A model generated the notes under the pieces. It ran no database searches, was not told where the DNA came from, and was given only the letters and a program-made list of their open reading frames with translations. A stretch of 64,000 bases of DNA from the human T2T-CHM13v2.0 reference genome, Homo sapiens, in assembly GCF_009914755.1 (NCBI RefSeq), contig NC_060941.1. One strand, written 5' to 3'. This document shows positions 27,777-45,330 of the stretch, piece by piece (position 1 is the stretch's first letter; every line of letters begins with the position of its first letter). The translations under genes and the position numbers were made by a program.

Positions 27777-30342
27777 GTAAGATGAAAGCTGGCGTTGCCT
27801 TCGTGTTTATCCGGGCTTCTCTCTTCCCATCCTTGTGATCACTCTGCTGACCCTGCCACACCCTGGGGCCATACACATGACTCCTGTGCCTCTGCATCTC
27901 ACTGGCCATTTCAAACCAGTTCGTGAGCCTGTGTTCTAAAAAGCTCATCTCCATTAACTGCATCTCATGTCGGTCACCTCTGTCTTTGTTTCATTGACTT
28001 TGCTGATTTAACACCTCTGAGAATGGCTTTGAAAGGAGCTACAAGTAATGTCTTCACTGGCATTCTTGAAGTGACTCCTCTTGGGGGTTAAGTCCCATTG
28101 GCCTCTGCCTTCCTCTCCTGTGATGTTGTGGTTGATCTACTCCCAGCCACCGGGAGTAGCCGTTTCCTCCCTGCTCCTCCTAGTGCTTGTGAGCAAACCT
28201 TACCCTTCCTCCCTGTCTGAGCCAGCCTCTTCCTGCTGCCCTCCTCAGCTTGATGATGCTTCAACTTAGAAGTGGTGGACCCTTCTCGGGGTCAGCTCTA
28301 CCTCCATGTGACCCAGGTGAGAGGGAGACAGCTTTCAAAAGGAGGCTTTGCCTTCCAGATGCATCCCAAAGGAAATAATCCATCTGTGTGAAAGGAGTTC
28401 ATATTATATCAGCCACATAGAGAATAACGGAGACTGGAAAGCAAATTGGCTAACTGTTCAGGCCACATCTCGAGTAGAAGGCCCTCTGGCTCAGCAGTAA
28501 TTCACTTAGCAACATACACTCTTTAAACTGGGTTTTTAAAACACCTTGCTGCACTGTTTGCATCTTCCCCCAGCACTTCTCTCTAAAATGCCTAGACCCA
28601 CAAACCATACCCTTCCCTTCCTGACTCTCGGTCCTCTCTAGGAGGGCAGTGGGATGGGAATGGGAAAGCCTTTGCTGTTCTGTGTAAACACAGGTAGGGC
28701 CTGCTCTTCCTGAAGCCTAGAGAGGCTCCTTTGCTGGCATCAAAGAGTGTCTGTGTTCCTGGACTGCTCATCTATGCAGTCCCTGGCTGAGCTACCTGGC
28801 AGGGATGGGTGGGGCGTGCTCCATGTTAATGAGGAGCCCAACCCTTTCCCTGGCTCACTACCTCCAACAACACTGCCTTTTAAATGTTTTCCTAGCCGAG
28901 CACCCACATTGTCAGAATGGTCTGACCAACTATTGTGTACCAGCGTTCTCGTTTGTAGCCATGTCCCAGGAGGTTGGACATCCAACAAGATAGACTCTAA
29001 TTCAGCCTCCCCAGTCTCTGGCCACCCAGCTCACTCAGGGATTCAGCTACCCTTGGCTACCCAAGTAGTCTAAACATTTTATCTTTATCAGGCACATATA
29101 CAGTCTGGTTCTCTGTAGCCAAATTTAGATACCCATGACATTTATCTAATGATTTCAAACCAAACAGGTTCCTAAAAAAACATTCAGCCTACTTCTAGAA
29201 CTTCCCCATTTTGCTTGGCTGTGAAAATGTATTTGTCCCATGCAGGCCCTTGCTCCAGCCCAGTGGAAGCATTAGTACCTCTTCCTAGCGGGAACTCAGT
29301 CCAGCTACACACCAGAGCCAGGCCAGTGGTTGTCTGGGAAATCTTCAAAGGCCGTGACCACTCAGCAAGGGTCAGTGGCACCTCTCCCCACTGTCTCCTC
29401 ACCAGGTGCATTCATCCCATCCATCCATGCATTCACTCACCCTCCGTGTTGTCCAGCACTATGTATAGTGCTGCAGAAACAAGAAGAATATAGTGCTTGC
29501 CTTCAAAGACCTCCCAAAGTGGGGAGATAGTCTGGATGACAGGTGCTGTAATAGAAGTGTGCCCCGGATGCTATAGGAGCACAGAAAGAGGGCAACTGAT
29601 GAACACTGGGGTGAGAGTGGAAGAGGAGACCCTGGAAGACTCCCTAAGGAAGTTGTCTTACTCTGGTCAAGCAGGAGGCCCTGTAGAGGGAGTGGTGCAG
29701 ACCCACCAGCATATGCAGCTTCACAGGGGCAAAACACCTGTAGGTCCATCACGTGTTGGGGACTAGCAAGTATTCAGCTTGGCTGGAGCAGAGGCAGGAG
29801 TGGGGAACTGGGGACAGGTGAGACTAGAGGTTGGCAGAAACCAGCCATAGTAGTTTTTGCCTCATTTGGACAACAAGGAGCCATCCAAGAGAGAGCGGTG
29901 AAGCTGATGGTGACACAGCCATGGCGCATTGAAATACCCCCAGTGGCTGTGTTGTAGGGTATATTGGGTTGGGGAGGGACAAGGTCAGGAGGCATAGACT
30001 CGACATCATCTGATGTGATTCAGGACAGAATGGCGAGCCTGAAGTGAAGTGTCTGTAGGATAAGTTGGAAAGGAAGGAACCAATATGAGATATTAAAGAA
30101 GTGAAAGCTATAGGTCCCAGTGCCTTAATAAAGGTAAGGAGTAAGAGAAGATTCGAGATTGACTCCCAGACTCTCCAGTCTGCTGGACATGGGAGATGGA
30201 ATAGAAGTTGATCTCGGTGTGGTCAGAGGAGAGCAGTTACTGTGTTGAGCATGGAGAGCCTGTCGTTCCCCAGGAGAAGGAGTACAGCTGGCTGGAAATA
30301 GGCAAGGCAGAGATGGAGAGATCCACCTTGGAGTCACTCCTA

Positions 30343-31184
<842 letters not shown>

Positions 31185-33047
31185 TTACTAAGTAGAGGCA
31201 TTTTGTGGAGGAGTGAAGGTGGAAGCCAGGGTGCAGTAGGGTGAGGACTGGCTGGGCAGAGAGGAAACTGAGGCAGAAGATGTGGACAGGGACTCTGCAG
31301 CGATTCATGGTTGGTCATGGCCGATTGATACGGGCGTGTGCTGAGTGGCAGACTCATAAGTGCTGAGCTGGATTTCTCACCCAGTCCTTGCTTCTCCTGA
31401 GAACACCTGCAGGAAGCTGGGAATGAAGGAGAGAAGGCAAGGGTAAGGCCTGGAAGCGAGGCTTCTCTCCTGTCCTGCAGTTTATTCGGTGGGAGAAACT
31501 TGAGGTAGAATAAAAACACTGAAGGGATTGGCTGTAAGGGAGCCCAGTGGTCACTGCCCTCCCAGCCCATAGGAGTAGAGATCAGCACTCCTGGGAGCCA
31601 TGGACTTCTTCCTCTCAATGCGGGCCCTGGGGCGGCAGCCAGCAGTGGTAGGAAAGAGCTCTTAACCACGGTGTTGGGATTTAGGGAACTCAGGGAACTA
31701 GGATTACCCTAGTTTTCAGGGTAAGTAAGGAAGCTTGAAGAGCCTGTTCCGGAAGAAAAGCCCAGAAATAGGCTAGGTGTCGACAGAGGTGAGGGAGAAG
31801 CAGACGTTCGCCCAGAGATGGCATGGTGGAGCCAGCCCCCTCCACGCTGGCTGCACCCCTGTGGCCTGGGCTGTTGTGGCTTTACCAGCCAAGCCACTTT
31901 CTCCCATCCCCATGTTCTCAGTGATTTCCCAAGGCATTTCTGGTGTCCTTTGGGAGTGGAATCACGTGGGTTTTGAAAGGAACTGCGGTGAAAAATAGAC
32001 CCTGACCTGAGGGCAGGGGCCGATGGGGAGGCCACTGAGCCCTCAGGAGTGTCTGAAAGCTCAGAAGATTCTGGTCTGGGCTCTGCGGGGGGAAGCCCCA
32101 TAAGGGAGCGCCTCCTGGTCTTTGGTCAGCTTGACAGAGAGGCCCAGGGAAAGTACCTGGGGCTTCCAGAATATACCAAATTCAGAAGCCCACATTCACC
32201 CCTGACTGTGCTTGGAGCAAACCTGAAAGTTCACTCCCAAGAGCTTGTTCCAGCCCATTCCTTTATTCTGGAAATAATTCTTGGTATTGAAAGGAAAACT
32301 GGGACAAAGGGAGCTTGAGGAAAACGAAAACAAACAAGAAACTGGAGATATGCTATTTAGTCTTAACCCAAACAGATATGCTGTTTGGCCTTAACCCATG
32401 TGGAAATTTGTAAACTTTGTCAGGATTTCCCTGTGCATGGTGGTGAAATCATGTAGGGAAAAAAAAATTCACCGTGTAATCTCTTTAGAAGTCACAAAAG
32501 AAAAAGAAGGTTATCTTGCTCCCAAAAGGCTGTAAAAAGAATAAGTAAAGTGGCCATAGAGGCCTAGTCTTCTCAGGACAGTGTCCGGGTTGAGAGTCTG
32601 TCTCCTGAAGCGCACTCTGGGGAAAATCCCTTCCTGCCCTCCTGCAGGTCCTTAGGGTCCCAGACCCAGACAGTCACTTTCTCAACAGAGTGCCGTCAAC
32701 TCAGCACACACTCCTCTCTTGAGCACAGAGCCCCAGAGGGAGAAGAACAAATGTGTTGAAAAGAATCTTATTAAGATGTAGTTAATTAAAATGTAATGTA
32801 TTGAGGGGAATGGAGGTGTCCCAGGTGAGGGCTAAGTCAGGCAGGATTTTTGGGGAAGGCATTGCCGAAATCACCACCTGAGCTCAACACTGGGTGCTTC
32901 TGGCCCCTCCAGAGTTGAGGTGCCATCCATGGGAAGTGCAGTCCCCTGCCCTGGCCCAGGTTCAAAGCGCCAAGTAGCCACAACTCAGAATGCCTGCACG
33001 TTCCCCTCCTAGCCTTATATCTTCTCTCTGGTTTCCTCCCACGACAG

Positions 33048-33165
33048 TTTGACTTTGGGGACACCATGGTCCACCAGGCCATCCACACCATCGAGTACTG
33101 CCTGGGCTGCATCTCCAACACTGCCTCCTACTTGCGGCTCTGGGCCCTCAGCCTCGCTCATGCGC
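33048..33165 (+). CDS. ATP6V0A1: ATP6V0A1 coding exon ([39 protein letters not shown]) containing the essential proton-translocation Arg (CGG 33135-33137)
   Basis: gacag| ... |gtgagt; 118 nt; [16 protein letters not shown] family signature. Confidence 0.98.
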
Positions 33166-33374
33166 GTGAGTACCTCTCTCCGGGCTCCGGAACTCTAGTT
33201 TCCCCCTCTGTGGGCGCACTGTCAGTTGGGGGGCTTAAGTCAAATGGAAATTACATGAAGGTTCTGGAATTATTCAGGTTCCTGAACCCAAGGAGAATGA
33301 GTACAGACAGGAGGCTCAGCACTTGTGCCAGGTTAGCTCTGCATGGTGGTCCCACTAAGGCAGTGGGAAGCCAG

Positions 33375-33494
33375 GATCCAGGGAACCCTAGAGCAGGGGG
33401 ATGGCAGAGCAAAATTCATGGCCTACAGCTGCCTCTTGCCAAACTGCACTGGATTTTGTGTCTCCCATTCCCCAGAGCTGTCTGAGGTGCTTTG
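33375..33494 (+). ncRNA. MIR5010: MIR5010 hairpin (5'-tailed mirtron); 5p arm 33395-33416, 3p arm 33454-33475 ending at the 3' splice-site AG
   Basis: AGGGGGATGGCAGAGCAAAATT can pair with TTTTGTGTCTCCCATTCCCCAG; the 3p end coincides with the intron end; name from recall. Confidence 0.8.
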
Positions 33495-33647
33495 GACCAT
33501 GGTGATCCACATCGGCCTGAGCGTGAAGAGCTTGGCGGGAGGTTTGGTGCTGTTCTTCTTCTTCACTGCCTTTGCCACCCTGACCGTGGCCATCCTCCTG
33601 ATCATGGAGGGCCTCTCGGCCTTTCTCCACGCACTGCGCTTACACTG
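33476..33647 (+). CDS. ATP6V0A1: ATP6V0A1 penultimate coding exon ((Q)LSEVLWTMV...[14 protein letters not shown])
   Basis: cccag| ... |gtgagg; 172 nt; [15 protein letters not shown] signature. Confidence 0.98.
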
Positions 33648-34811
33648 GTGAGGGGCAGTGGGGCAGGGCGGGCATGGGGGTGGATGTGTCCTTAGCTGCG
33701 GTGAGAGGGCAGCTTTTCTCCCACACACAGCCCTGCAGCTCTGTGCAGGAAAGATGAGCTGGCCCTGCACTAGCTTCACCTCAGGACACCCCAGCACCGG
33801 CATTGCCACAGAGTTTCGGAAAATGGTCACAGAAAAGCACAGCTCAGCCTTCCCTAGGCTCTAGGGAGATGTCCCTGGTGAGTGGTGTCAGGTCCCGCTC
33901 CCTGCCTTTAGCTGTCCCCAGTGCTCCTGATTTTGGCTTAAAGGGGCTGCTGGGGTCTTAGGGTTTCTGGTTTTCTCTCTGATGTGTAACTCTTCTGTCT
34001 TCAGAACAGTGGAAGCAGCTCTGGAATGTATGTTAAGTGCAGGAAAGGCTAGAACACGCTGCACCCCAGCTTTATCCTCTTTGTTCTGTCATTGTGCCAG
34101 GGGTCTTTGAGTTGGACCCCTGGCAGCTCCATTGTGGACCGGAGGGATTCCTGGCTCTATAGGGTGGAGGTCGGTACACTCACGCAGCTTCTTCACATGG
34201 GCAGGTTTGGGGTGGTTCTGTTTGTTTTCTTTAATGAAGCTTGTGACTCTTAATGGCTGTGTGTGGAGAGAGCATGAGTTCAGCCTCTGGGACTGGGAGA
34301 GCGGGGGTGTGGTCTGGGCTGTGACCACCTCAAACCAGCGTTGCCAGATGTAGCACATAAAAGTACAGTTTGGCTGGGCACGGTGGCTCATGCCTGTAAT
34401 CCTAGCACTTTGGGAGGCTAAGGCAGGTGAATCACCTGAGGTCAGGAATTCGAGACCAGCCTGGCCAACATGGTAAAACCCCGTCTCTACTAAATATACA
34501 AAAATTAGCCAGGTGTGGTGGCACGTGCCTGTAATCCCAGCTACTCAGGAGGCTGAGGCAGGAAAGAATCTCTTAAACCCAGGAGGCAGGGGTTGCAGTG
34601 AGCTGAGATTGTGCCACTGCACTCCAGCCTGGGCAACAGAGCGAGACTCTGTCTCAAAAAAAAAAAAAAAAAAATAGGGGAGGGGTTGGGGGCCAGGCAC
34701 GGTGGTTCACTCCTGTAATCCCAGCACTTTGGGAGGCCGAGGCGGGTGGATCACCTGAGGTGGGGAGTTCGAGACCAGCCTGACCAACATGGAGAAACGC
34801 TGTCTCTACTA

Positions 34812-34973
<162 letters not shown>

Positions 34974-36186
34974 TCAAAAAATAAAAATACAGGGTGTATT
35001 TCACATAAACAACAAATAATTTTTTTAGTATGAGTATTTCCCAAATGTGCATGGGATATGCTTATACTAAAAACTGGGGCAGTCTGTATTTTCTGTGGCT
35101 GTTCCACCTCAGACTCCACTTCTTTGGGTCTCTATTTTCTCCTTTATGTTGTGATTCTCTTTTTGGGGGTCTCAAAACCCCAATGTCTCTGGAAGTTCTG
35201 GCCCCTCTCCCCAGAGGAGCACTCACACACTTCTCCTGTTTTACAAGCATAGGGGTCTGACTCACTGGTGTGCCTTAGAGGCCCCTGGATGGGATGCTCT
35301 GTGGTGTTCATGATCTCAAGGCCAGAAGAGGACTATGAATGTCTCTCTTCGTTCTCAAAACCTGAAGAAAATCCAGCATCTGAACCTGAGAAACTCATTC
35401 CCCACTCCCCTTTATCTTTGATTATTCTCATGGCTGGGTGACCCCTGAGCCTCCTCAAAGATTCAGCTGTGGGTTTTTCTGAATGATGGGCGGAGAGTGA
35501 GGCATGGAAGGGCAAGACGTGGCTAGGGTGCACTCTTCTTCAAAAGCCCTGCTGCGTCAGTAGACCTGGCTTCCTCTGGCCTGGCTCTCTCCCTCCTGGC
35601 CTCCCTCCTCCCCACCCAGCTCATCTGGCTGGCCTCCCTGTTCTAAGCTTATCAGCCGACCCCCGCAAGCACACTTCCTCAGCCCTCCTCAGTGCACGAG
35701 AACCTCTGAGGACTCACTTTTTCTTGCCCCTTGGCCTCCTTTCTTTTCTTTTCACTCCTGTCTCTTGAGCCCTGGGTTTGAGGGAACAGTGACCACCTCA
35801 CCTTGATTCCAGCCCACGTGGGTAGCCGGTCATCTCCCTGGGCAGGGCGGGAGCAAGGCACTGTTGCAGAGCAAGGCCGCCTGGGCTTGAGCCTCATTTT
35901 GTTGCCAGAAGATTGCTTCCTCCTCAGGCTCACCTGTGGCCTCCCCGTGTCTTCCCAGGTCCCCCTGAACTGAAGTGATGAGTGGCAGGACAGCAGGCTC
36001 CGGAATTGGGCGACCTGGGTTGGAATTCCAGCACTGTCACACCAGGCAGGGAACCTGAGCAGAACATTCACTGCCAAGATTACTGTGAGCAAGTAGGAAG
36101 TAATGCACACACCAAGTGCTGCCACAGCAAAAGCAGGTGCTCTAGGATGGGTAGTGGCTGCTCTGCTTAAAAGTGGGATGCCCTTA

Positions 36187-36556
<370 letters not shown>

Positions 36557-39500
36557 TTAGCCTGTCTAGAGTGAGAGAAGACCCCAGAGGAGGCAGAGGA
36601 TACCATCAGAATGCCCTCAGGTGCTGTTTGCAAGGAACAGCCTCCCCATATATGTCGTATTTATTTTGGCAATAGGAGTATTGGGTAGGAGAGGAAAAAA
36701 CAGTGCAAACCTCCTTTGTGCAACTTCCAGAATCTCGTCTTTGGAGGGCTGTTCCCGTGACACGAGTGGGGCGCCTCCCCCACCACTAAAACAGAAGTGA
36801 ATGAAATTGGTGCTTGTGCGCCCCCTCCTGGCAAAATGCGGCTGTGCGTCCAGGATGCCTGGATCTTCCCTGTGGCCCAGGACTGCAGGAGGCGTTCTGA
36901 GCTGTGGCCCTCTTACCAGGGGTGGAGCCTCTGGGGCTGCTGAACCAGCTGTAGGGATGGTGCTGCTGTTCTTCCTGGCATCCATCCTAGGCATCTTCAT
37001 ACCTCCCACTTTATCCCTGCTGTTTCCTGATTCAAGGGCTGCCCCATTATACAAGTTCTGGTCTCCTCAGTGGGGACAATAAGAAAAACATTTGATTCGA
37101 TAACATATAAACCACTAGTGTGAGATTCATGCAGCATCATAGGAAGGGGGGTGATGTGTTTGAAAACAGTGAGCAGGCTAATGTATTAATCTGCTAATTC
37201 TGTCTCCTGAGTTTTCTCTCTTTTCCTCCCTCCTGCCACATGAAGTGTGCTTGGCTTCTTACCTACCATAATTAGACATCTTTTCTTCCTCAGAGAAGGC
37301 ATGAGACAGGGATTTGATTGTAGTTATCACTGTAAACATCAAACTGATTTTTATGCAGAACTATTGCCCCAGGGCATACCTTCCAAGGAACCTGGTCTCT
37401 CCTTACCTAGCGAATTCCACATACACATAGATGTACACCTACCTGTACACTCACAGATTGGGTGGTGATTAAAGGGACAGAATCGGGGACCAGCTTCTTG
37501 TTAGGAATGCAGTGTTGCCACGGCATGACAGCATGGAGCAGTTGAGGGAATGGCTGCCCAGGAGAACTCAGAACTCTTGAAATGTAGTTCCAGGCTGCCA
37601 TCATTGCCCTGATATTCAGGCCGTCAGACAGATGTGTGTTGTAGGCCCTGAACGGCACAGAGAGTGGCAGAACAGGCTACATAAACAGCTCAGCCCAGAA
37701 TTGTCTTTCCAGACTGCCTGCCCTCAGTCACAACCCCCACCAGGGAAGGGAAGCGGCCCCAAGACTCCTTCCTCCTTCACCCACTCGAGGAAACAGAGTT
37801 CCTGTTACGTGGCATGAATGATGTCTTTTGGCCCCAGTTAATCCCTCTGAGTCACCAGGTGGCCTTTGCCAAGTGCTGGAGCTGGAAGAGATGATAGAGA
37901 CACTCATCTGGCGTCCTGAGGCTCTCCTCACAGCTGTTGAATTCTAGAGGTGCATTTCAGTGTCTTGGGGCATGGCAAGACTTTGGAGGCTCCCTGAGCA
38001 GAGCAGTGGAGATGCCCAAAAAGAAGGAAGAACCTAGGATGGCAGATGGGGCCCCCCTTGCCCTGGGGAACTTCATGTTTGTACTTTCTCAGGAAGCACA
38101 CATTTCCCCAGTTCAGCGGGAGAGAGTGGGGAGACTAGCAGGGAAATTGCTTTCCAGCTTTGTGCTGGGTGGTTGGGGTGAGGGTGGCCACGGAAGGAGG
38201 TGAAATCAGGCTGACCTCAAGATAGACCCAAGATGTCCCAGTTCTGGCCGCTCTAAGTCTCTAAAGCAGCAGCTGGTGGGAGGGGCAGTATTGGGCAGTA
38301 TGTCAGGGAGGCCACCTGTCTGCTCACACAGTACAATTGATGTGCCCCTCCCAGGCATATATCCCTCTTCCTCCTTGCTGGGCCCCCATGGGTAGATAAG
38401 GTGACTGGAGGGGTGCCAAGAAAAGGGCGGTGCCCCCACAGGCATCTGAAAACAAAGCTGCTGCTCCATTTGCCCAGTTTGAAGATTAGAATGGTTTTGT
38501 GATTAGCCAGGAGGGGGTGGGGGTCAGAGTTCTGGACACCTCACTGGAGTCGGGGGTCAGCATACCCTACCAAGGCTGACATTCACTCCTAGGTAATGGC
38601 CTGGGACCCTCAGGTGACTTGTCCACTCTCTGGCTATGTATTGTTGAATGAAAAGGGGACATGTAAATCTCGTTTCAGCTGTTCTGAAATAACCCTTGCC
38701 ACATGGGAACACAGTCTATTCAACATGAAGAATTCAAACCTAACACAAGTGGGTGAGAAGCAGGAACCCACTGCTAGGCCCCACCGCGTTCCCTCAGAGG
38801 TGGTCTCAGTAGCTGGAACTTGGAGAAGTAGTTTTGGTGGGGTGTTGGGACGTGGGTGAATCCAGGTCCTGGTTTGGAATTGCTCTGGTGGGAACCGTCA
38901 GCTAACGTCAGTTGGAAGCTCTGTGTCCTCCCCCTCCTGAGTCCTGTTTTTCCTGGAGGACCTTGGCCCACCCCTGTGGAATGTGGGGATGTGGGGAAGA
39001 AAGCTGACTGCTTTTACTCCCACTCAGAAAATTCGGTTGCGCTCTTCTTCAAGGGGGTGCTCCTCAGCCTGCACCCCAGTGAAGGGGCCTCTGAGGAACT
39101 CCCAGTGCCACTGGCAAACAGTCTGTAACCTTTGGGCCCCAGCCACCTCCCAGCCCCTGTTCTCTTAATTCCTGCCTTCTTGGCTTGGAGGGAGGAATCT
39201 CCATTTGTAAAAGCTGAGTTAGGGAACTAGAGGGTTCCTGAAGCTTTAAAGCGCCTCAAAGCCCTCACCCTGCACGTGACCTGTCACCTGGAGCCTGCCC
39301 CAGCCCCCACGCCTGCCTGTTCTTATAGGGGCTCCGGTGCCTCCAGGGTCACACAGCACCATGTGGAAACTATTCCTCAGGGCAGCTCTCCTTGGCCTTT
39401 TTATCCCCTGAATCATGCATTTTTCTGCCCTTATTTGGTGTGGTTTGGTTGCTGGGCAGCTGTCCAGGGTGAGTTTGCAGGAGGAAGCACAGCCAAGCAG

Positions 39501-40213
39501 CCTCGCTCTGCTTATGGGACAGTCTTCCTCCCACCCTCCCTGAGAGTGAAAGGGCCCCACAGAGACCATCAGGCATGGATGCTGAACTGCTGGGAAGGGA
39601 GCTCAGGCTTTTTCTTTTTAGTCCCCAAGAGAAGAATTCTTTCTCAGATGTTTTTGTGGTTGGAGAATATTTTTGCCATTGCTTTGAGAAGACTTCCCCT
39701 CCTAACTCCCCCTCTTTCCTTGGAATTTCCTTCCTTAAATGGAAAGCCTTCAACATTCACTCCAAGCTCGCCCTTTTGCTCCCCCAAGGAAAAATAACAA
39801 GCAAACAGAGGTGCTTGCCCAGTGTCTCTGGAGGGGCTTCCCTTAGAGGTGGGCTGTGTGATCCCCTGCCAGGAGGGGGCGATGGGGGCCACTTGTTCAT
39901 TAACGATGTTAGGCTCAAGGTAACTGAACTTTTTTTGCACATGCCTCTCTGCAGAGAGTTGTGCATAAACACACTGCTCGGCAGGACAGAGCAAGATTGG
40001 GAACTGAGGGCAAATCCCTTCCTCCGTGCGTCGAACTCTTGATCCCAGGCCTTAAAAGTGGGATCTCTGCACTCTGGGCTTTCTCTAGCTTCCCCAGGGA
40101 AGGGAGGCTCGGGGTGAGGTGGGCACGGGGCATCTTTCCTGCCCAACTGTGAAGTCCTAAAAAGCTTCACAAAGTTTCTATTGAATGACAGCTTTCTTCT
40201 TCTCTTTCTCCAG

Positions 40214-40307
40214 GGTTGAGTTCCAGAATAAATTCTACAGCGGGACCGGTTTCAAGTTCTTACCCTTCTCCTTCGAGCATATTCGGGAAGGGAAGTTTGA
40301 AGAGTGA
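40214..40307 (+). CDS. ATP6V0A1: ATP6V0A1 last coding exon ((W)[30 protein letters not shown])
   Basis: ctccag| acceptor; WVEFQNKFY motif; TGA at 40305-40307. Confidence 0.98.
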
Positions 40308-41765
40308 GTCCCTGTGAGGGCCGTGTGCCCCATGCTACCCTCCCCGCCTCCCTCCACAGTGATCAGCTGTGCCTCTCTGCCTGTTGGTTGTGATCTGTGG
40401 GCACCAGCTCATTCGTGTCACCCTGTCTGTGAGTCATTTAGATAGAATAGTCCTCCTTGGGTCTCCCACCACCCCTAGCTTTGTGTGTAGTGTAGTGATT
40501 TTCTGGCTGTCACTCATACTCACTGGGCACCAGCCTTGCCCTCTTAGCCTCCATCCATCCAGACAGCCCTTCCCACCTCCTGGTGGTGAGCCAGTCTGCA
40601 TTCCCACGCCATCCCAAAGCCCTTTCATCTTCCCCGTGCATTGTAGATGGAAGGAGCACCCATGCCATTCACATCTAGACTTTGAGTTCCCTGCATCTGC
40701 CACCGTAGTTTCTAGCAGGAGTAGTGGGGGGAGTAATACAGATTCTTCCCTAGAAGGGGACACTGGTAACATGTCCCACTCTTGGATTAGCAGGGGTGGG
40801 TCCAGGAAGATGATATTTGCGTCTTTTGCCCACCCCCCTGGCATTCAGCTGGACCCAACTAGGCCATCATGAGTGGCTTCTCCCTGTCATCCCCAGGGGT
40901 CATAGGATATCTACACCGCCTTTCTGACCCCACCCTGCACTCCCATCCTTTCCTCTCTCCCCGTTCATGCCCTGCACTACATAGCACAGCCGGGATGCTT
41001 GGAACAGAGGCCTTGGCTGCTCCGCAGTGCACAGGGCTTCCCTCTCTCGGGGTTGGCTTCTTCCCAGGCCTTGCATGGGCCCTGCCCACAAGCACACCCT
41101 CAGGCCGAGGGTGCAGACTGATGCTCTTCCCTGATGGAGACCCTGAGATCTTCCCCACCCCCAATCATGATGTCTTCAGTGTGGGACTGGGGTCCTCTTG
41201 GTTCTGCCTGCAGCCTGCCTGGCTCCGCCCCTAGTGCCCCCTCCTCACCACACTGGCCCCAGGTCTCAGGAGGGGTGTCCTGGGCAGGGAAGGTCAGTGT
41301 CACTGATGGTTTGCTGTTTGGAAGCCATTGGCAGGGCTGCCGTGCATGTGGCTGTGAGGGCTGCACAGTCCTGCCAAGGGGCTTCCTCCTTGTCACCCCG
41401 AACCTTGTAATCGTGTGCTGGCGTGGCAGCCCTGGCTAAGTTAATCCCCACCGCTTTCAGTGGTAGAAAGAATTCCCTGAGTGGGCCAGGCTGGTGCCCT
41501 CCTCCTACCCTGGCTTTTCTGAGTGAGCTGCCTGGAGCCCTCATCCCCTCTCCCAGGCTGGGCTGGCCCTGGGCGGGGCCACTGTGTGCTGGCCCACTGT
41601 GACCTGACCCGACCTTGTGCAGCCCCCCTGCCCTGGTGTCCTGGGTTTTCGTGATGATCTTTGCTCTGTTTCCAGTGGGGTTTGAAGCAGAGTTCAGGGA
41701 ACCCTGCCCAAGGTCCTCCTGTTCAGACATTCCTATGTTGAATAAAGTATGTTTGACTTCCCCGG
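40308..41765 (+). other. ATP6V0A1: ATP6V0A1 3' UTR (~1.45 kb; end approximate)
   Basis: Unique sequence with no recognised repeats, from the stop codon to AATAAA at 41741. Confidence 0.8.
41741..41746 (+). terminator. ATP6V0A1 polyadenylation signal AATAAA
   Basis: First canonical hexamer seen after the stop codon. Confidence 0.85.
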
Positions 41766-42629
41766 AGAAGCTGCCTGTCACTGTGCCCACAGCCCCTGCG
41801 TCGCTCCAGGCTCAGCCATCTTGAGCCCCTGTGGACCCCTGACCTTCGCCTCCCTCCTCCAGCATTGCTGCTTTTCCTTCTATCAAAGGCCACAGCTTCA
41901 GTAGGCCTGGCTGGGCAGTTGGTTTGGGAAATTCTCACCTTGTCCCAAGTTTCCCAGGCGCCTTCCCACTCACAGGATCCAAGTCAGCTCTGCAGACACT
42001 ACCTGTGGGAAGAGGGGACTGGGCAGCCCATCTTCGTCTCCCGTTTACTCATTGCACATCCAGACAGCATGGGGGCAGAGGGGCACTGGGTATCTCCCCA
42101 CGCGCCTCTCCCTCTTCTCCAAGTGTGCCCTCCAGGGCCCAGTGGCCTGGCTATGTTGAGCCCTGATACCCCGGCCTTAGTGTAAGTGGAGGCTCCACAC
42201 AGGTTCCTCAGGGCAGCTGGGGAATGTGAGGTGCTGGGATTGGCAGGCGGCAGGGTGGAGAGCAGGCAGACCGTCCAGGGTGGCAGGCTGGGCAGGAGGC
42301 CCCCTCCCCACTGCCTAGTGAGGCACTGCATTCTCGGTACCCTCCCTCTTCACTCCTCCCTCCAGGGGCCTCCAGGGCAGGGGCTGCCCAGGAATGTGAC
42401 CTGGGCCCCAGACAGGTGAAGGGGCCACAACCCCCTGTTCATTCCATGTTCCAGCCTAACCTAAAGCCCTTCCTCCTCCCTAACAGTGCTACCTGTCCCT
42501 GGTGTCGGCCCTGAGAGGCCCACCCCACCCAGCTCCTCAAAGATAAGGTCCCGAGTGGAAACTCTGGTCATTGAGGTCTCAGCTTCTGCTCAGTGGGAAG
42601 GGAAGGCCTCATAAGAATAGATATTTGGA

Positions 42630-45330
<2,701 letters not shown>

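Noticed and set aside
33651-33683. G-run clusters (also 26508-26542) as G-quadruplexes
   Set aside because: G-triplets near splice sites are common in GC-rich introns; nothing distinguishes these.
39246-41790. Overlapping 100-174 aa ORFs in the last intron and 3' UTR of ATP6V0A1
   Set aside because: GC-rich non-coding sequence, no recognisable domain, open frames on both strands as expected by chance.
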